In this document: piece after piece, positions 34,854-38,221 of the stretch
How the letters are laid out: every line of letters starts with the position of its first letter
Position numbering within the stretch: the first letter of the stretch is position 1
From: a virus
Lineage: Duplodnaviria > Caudoviricetes
Virus record (IMG/VR): IMGVR_UViG_3300033513_000029
Span: 1-38,221 of that record
DNA: 38,221 bases
Direction: 5' to 3' (one strand)
Notes under the pieces: generated by a model
Database searches by the model: none
What the model saw: only the letters and a program-made list of their open reading frames with translations
Told to the model about the DNA's origin: nothing
Position numbers and translations under genes: made by a program

Positions 34854-35207
34854 TTAGGTCAGGCGACGCATAATGGATTTGACTACGATTGCCTCACACA
34901 TTCCCACAAAATACTCTTGGGGATAGGCGTTTTTCATTATGTTGACGTGTTCGTGAACCCATTGGACATTCCCTGTCTCGTAAGGTTTCTTGCTGTCGAT
35001 CCGATCCACACTCGCCGTCCGCTCGCGCCCATTCTTTCCCAGCACGAGAGAGAGGCCGGTCAGCGCGCACCGGCCCTCCTGCGCTTCCCAGAGCGCCGCC
35101 AGCTCTTCGGGAGTGACACTGACGGCTATCCCCCGCACCTTCGCACTTCGGGTCAAGGAAGACCACACGTGACGAGGGAGGATTAATACGCTACACATTT
35201 CTCGCAC
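34854..35207 (-). CDS. His-Me finger (HNH-like) endonuclease, start uncertain
   Basis: LWEAQEGRCALTG...ASVDRIDS.KPY..GNVQWV...VN.MK. Confidence 0.75.
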   Translation of the reverse strand: MREMCSVLILPRHVWSSLTRSAKVRGIAVSVTPEELAALWEAQEGRCALTGLSLVLGKNGRERTASVDRIDSKKPYETGNVQWVHEHVNIMKNAYPQEYFVGMCEAIVVKSIMRRLT

Positions 35208-36130
35208 ACCGTCCCCGTCACATCCCGCTTCAGGTGAGCCTTGCGCAGCTCGATAAACTTCGGCGAGTTCCAGGCACTCATGAAGTGCTCCGTCACGAGG
35301 TCACCCATGATCCAGTTCCCGCCCGCGTCAAAGCAGCATGCCGACAACCCGCCATCCGCCCGTACATGCCCTTCCGTAAAGGCGGACCAGCAGGGTAAGG
35401 GCTCTCTCAAGGCTTCCAACCGCCCTTGATTCCCCGCCGTAGGCCGATACCCCAATTCCTTCTCCCGCTGAGTGGCGAAGGCGCCCATGGAATAAAGGGG
35501 AAGCCAGTAATGCTGATCCACATAGTCAATAATCGTATGCAAGACCGGCTGCATCTCGCCCCTATGCTGTTCGTCGTACAAGATCGAAGAGGCGTACAAT
35601 TTCGTCTTATACCCTCCCCGCTCCCGCACCCTGAAAGCATCACGAATGTTCTCGTGCGCCTTATGGAAGAGTCGGCGAGACACGCCCATAATCTTCGCGA
35701 ACTGGTCCTCATTCGCCGCATTCACCGACCACTTCAATGAGTCCAGCCCAGCCGCCATCACCGCTCCCACCCGGTCGGGAAACGCCAGGGACGCATTCGA
35801 TGTGCAAAACACATACGGCATCGCCAATTCCCGCTTCAGATATGTCACCGCGTCCGTCAACAATTCCGGCGCACTGAAGGGTTCGCCAAGATAGAACACT
35901 CCGATCTCCTCCACTCCCGCCTCCCGCATCTCCCTCGTAATCCGTTTGAACAAATCCAGGTCCATATCCTTCTTCGGCTGATTCTCTCGGGTTCGCAACG
36001 CGCAAAACCCGCAGCGGTAATTGCACCTTGGCGACAACTCGATCTTTACCGACTTCGGGGCGGGAAGAATGGCGTGCAAATACTCCGCCTTAATCTTTGT
36101 AATATTGTCGATTCTCGTTGTAATTGTCAT
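35183..36130 (-). CDS. radical SAM enzyme with C-terminal SPASM/Twitch-like domain
   Basis: CNYRCGFC (CxxxCxxC), GEP, then PC...V..DG..SACC.D...GDL...W...LR..H...C.KC. Confidence 0.9.
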   Translation of the reverse strand: MTITTRIDNITKIKAEYLHAILPAPKSVKIELSPRCNYRCGFCALRTRENQPKKDMDLDLFKRITREMREAGVEEIGVFYLGEPFSAPELLTDAVTYLKRELAMPYVFCTSNASLAFPDRVGAVMAAGLDSLKWSVNAANEDQFAKIMGVSRRLFHKAHENIRDAFRVRERGGYKTKLYASSILYDEQHRGEMQPVLHTIIDYVDQHYWLPLYSMGAFATQREKELGYRPTAGNQGRLEALREPLPCWSAFTEGHVRADGGLSACCFDAGGNWIMGDLVTEHFMSAWNSPKFIELRKAHLKRDVTGTVCEKCVAY

Positions 36131-36133
36131 TTT

Positions 36134-37060
36134 TTATTTCCTTCCAAACACTTCTTTCATGGCCACAAAGAATTCATCCATTCCCTCCTCGTCTCCCGTT
36201 TCTACCGCCTTGCTTTCGGCGGCCTTCCCGGACCCCAAAGTTCTTGCGGCTCTTCTGTTCTCGCGCTCCGCTGCAATCTGCTCTCGCGCTTCCGCTTCCT
36301 TATCACCTTTCTCTTGGGCTTTTCGTTGATACCCATATTCCTTCGCCATTTGGTACACAATTTCCGCCGGGTTACGTTTCTTACTCAACGCCGCTTGGGC
36401 CAACGCGAGTTCCCGACGTGACACCTCCTGCATCACCCGTTCCGGATCTACATCCTCCCCGGCAAAAAGCATAATCGCCTTCGCTTCCACCTTACGAATG
36501 TGGTTCAAGGCGTCGTAATAGTCAGGGTTTTCCGCCACGAATTCCTTTTCCATCTTGTCCACCTGCCCAATCACGACACTCGTTTGCCGCTGCGTCTCGC
36601 GCTGTTCCTCCTCCGCCACTTCCCTCTCATGAAGACGCCGCGTCTCTTCCTCCAGTCGCTTGGTCCGCTCATGAAGGTTTTCCACCGGGCGCTCCTCGAA
36701 CGGCGGGGGTTCGGGCTTCTCTTCCTCCGCCTTCTCGGCCTTCGTCGCCTCGTAGGCACGAAACCGCTCCTCCAGGCCACGCAACTGCTCTTCAAGCGCC
36801 TGCCTTTTCTTGCGCTCGCCCCTCAGCTCCGCCAAAGGGACCCATTTACCTTTCGGACGTTCCTCTTCCTTCTCTTCCGGCTCTTCCGCTTCCTCTTCTT
36901 CCGACTCTTCCGCTTCCTTCTCTTCCGGCTCTTCTTCCTCTACCTCCTCATGCTCTTCCTCTTTTTCTTTTTCTTCCTCTTCTTCCACTTCCTCCACTTT
37001 ATCGTTTTCCACCAGCTCTTCAATGAACTTGTCCACGTCTTCAAACATTGTCAGATCCAC
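36134..37060 (-). CDS. capsid scaffolding protein
   Basis: Very acidic N-terminus, VPLAELRGERKKRQ, F..ENPDYYDA, NPAE..Y..AK..GY; directly follows the portal. Confidence 0.8.
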   Translation of the reverse strand: MDLTMFEDVDKFIEELVENDKVEEVEEEEEKEKEEEHEEVEEEEPEEKEAEESEEEEAEEPEEKEEERPKGKWVPLAELRGERKKRQALEEQLRGLEERFRAYEATKAEKAEEEKPEPPPFEERPVENLHERTKRLEEETRRLHEREVAEEEQRETQRQTSVVIGQVDKMEKEFVAENPDYYDALNHIRKVEAKAIMLFAGEDVDPERVMQEVSRRELALAQAALSKKRNPAEIVYQMAKEYGYQRKAQEKGDKEAEAREQIAAERENRRAARTLGSGKAAESKAVETGDEEGMDEFFVAMKEVFGRK

Positions 37061-38219
37061 CTGTATTGAATTGTTTGTTGTTCGCTTCTTCTATCTTCGC
37101 GTAGGCGCTCGCCTTGTTCAGCTCCACCTTCGATTCCGTTTCCGCCACTTCCGCCATCTGACCACGCAACGTCACTTGCTCCGCAATCTCCGTCTTCTTC
37201 TGAACCTCCGGTGAAGGCTGCAAGGACGCCTTCCACTTCTCCGCCAACACCTTGGGCAACGGCAAGTAATCCAGAATTTCTGCGGGCGGCATCACACCCA
37301 CCTTCGACAGGAAGGGCAACAACTGCATCAACACCGCGAATACCCGATCCCGCTCGTTCGGACTCGTCGGACTCTCACTCACCACCACATCATATTCCAC
37401 CGACAACCGATCTCTCATCAGCGGAATGTATTCTTCGGAACCATCCTCCCCCATGATGCGAATCAGCCTACCATCGGAAATATGCTCGCGAATGAACTGC
37501 GCCAACACCCGACCATGCACATGACGATAGGCCGCCAACGCGGTAAACGCCCACGAAAGAATCGTCATCCCCGCCTGTTTTCGCTGCGCCTCCAACACCC
37601 CCGGCTGGACCTTCTCCGCCAACCCCAACAGCTCCATATTCACACCCGTCACTTCCGTGAACATGGACATAGCCGTCGCCAACAACTTATCCAGCCCCGA
37701 TGGAATCGACGGGGGCGGTCTCGGCATCACCTTTCCATTCGTCAATGACCCCGCCGCCACCAAGGACACCGTATCCGGCTGCGCCCAATCCTCCTTGAAT
37801 TTCTGAATATCAATAATCGCGTCTTCCTCGGCAATAAGTCCGCCCTTCGCGTTAGTATTGATAATCCACAAAATCTCCGAATACAACTTATTCACCCATT
37901 GCTGGGGTGAAATAAGGTTCCTCACAATCCCATACCACAACCCCTTGTTGCGGTCCAATACCCCAGTCATGCAATTGAGCGTAAACCAGTCCTTCTTGAT
38001 ATCCATTTGCTCTAGAACGGTATCGCCAGCGATAAACGCCTGCCTTACCACCCGACGCTTATCCTCCATATAGGATTTTTGCAAACGGGAATACACATTC
38101 GGGAATTTGTCCCTCAACGACTTCCATTGTTCTTGATCGAACTCCTGAACTCCCAAAGGCGTCGCCGCCCGATAAATCTTGCGATGCTCAATCCATTGAT
38201 ACTGAGCGACATAAACAAT
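37041..38219 (-). CDS. portal protein (P22-like), 5'-truncated by the window
   Basis: Frame is open to the window end; YGIVRNLISPQQWVNK, VTGVN.ELLG, RKQAG, RLIRI.GEDG, YDVVV.E.P.SP. Confidence 0.88.
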   Translation of the reverse strand: MVYVAQYQWIEHRKIYRAATPLGVQEFDQEQWKSLRDKFPNVYSRLQKSYMEDKRRVVRQAFIAGDTVLEQMDIKKDWFTLNCMTGVLDRNKGLWYGIVRNLISPQQWVNKLYSEILWIINTNAKGGLIAEEDAIIDIQKFKEDWAQPDTVSLVAAGSLTNGKVMPRPPPSIPSGLDKLLATAMSMFTEVTGVNMELLGLAEKVQPGVLEAQRKQAGMTILSWAFTALAAYRHVHGRVLAQFIREHISDGRLIRIMGEDGSEEYIPLMRDRLSVEYDVVVSESPTSPNERDRVFAVLMQLLPFLSKVGVMPPAEILDYLPLPKVLAEKWKASLQPSPEVQKKTEIAEQVTLRGQMAEVAETESKVELNKASAYAKIEEANNKQFNTGGSDNV

Positions 38220-38221
38220 AT

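Noticed and set aside
36850-37010. Long purine/pyrimidine-skewed low-complexity tract
   Set aside because: Explained by the Glu/Lys-rich N-terminus of the scaffold protein.
1-38221. TAG stop-codon reassignment (TAG is rare among gene ends; one in-frame TAG at 26967)
   Set aside because: All long genes are intact under the standard code, TAG ends the i-spanin plausibly, and no suppressor tRNA was seen.

Overview
Genome segment of a tailed dsDNA phage with podovirus-like morphogenesis genes. An Rz/Rz1-like spanin pair points to a Gram-negative host. The + strand carries only the 3' part of an SF2 helicase and one small gene (1-1526). Everything else runs on the - strand, in this order: P22-like portal (cut by the window end), acidic scaffold, radical SAM enzyme, His-Me endonuclease, a ~5.7 kb island of early-type genes with its own promoter (DUF932, a DUF6745 protein with 77 shuffled 12-bp repeats, many small ORFs), a candidate anti-Shine-Dalgarno small RNA, N4-gp56-like major capsid, TPR-glycosyltransferase and methyltransferases, adaptor, aspartic protease, beta-helix spike/fibre proteins, tail tube, DNA-ejection proteins and a lysis cassette. 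Main leads: (i) a giant putative ejection protein containing an HD-GYP-like phosphohydrolase and a zincin motif; (ii) a ~90-nt promoter/terminator-bounded RNA whose CCCUCCUC loop is complementary to the ribosome-binding site of a phage early gene; (iii) a combinatorial tetrapeptide-repeat protein; (iv) a possible strand-donation fibre system. All calls come from reading motifs by eye; no searches or folding programs were run.
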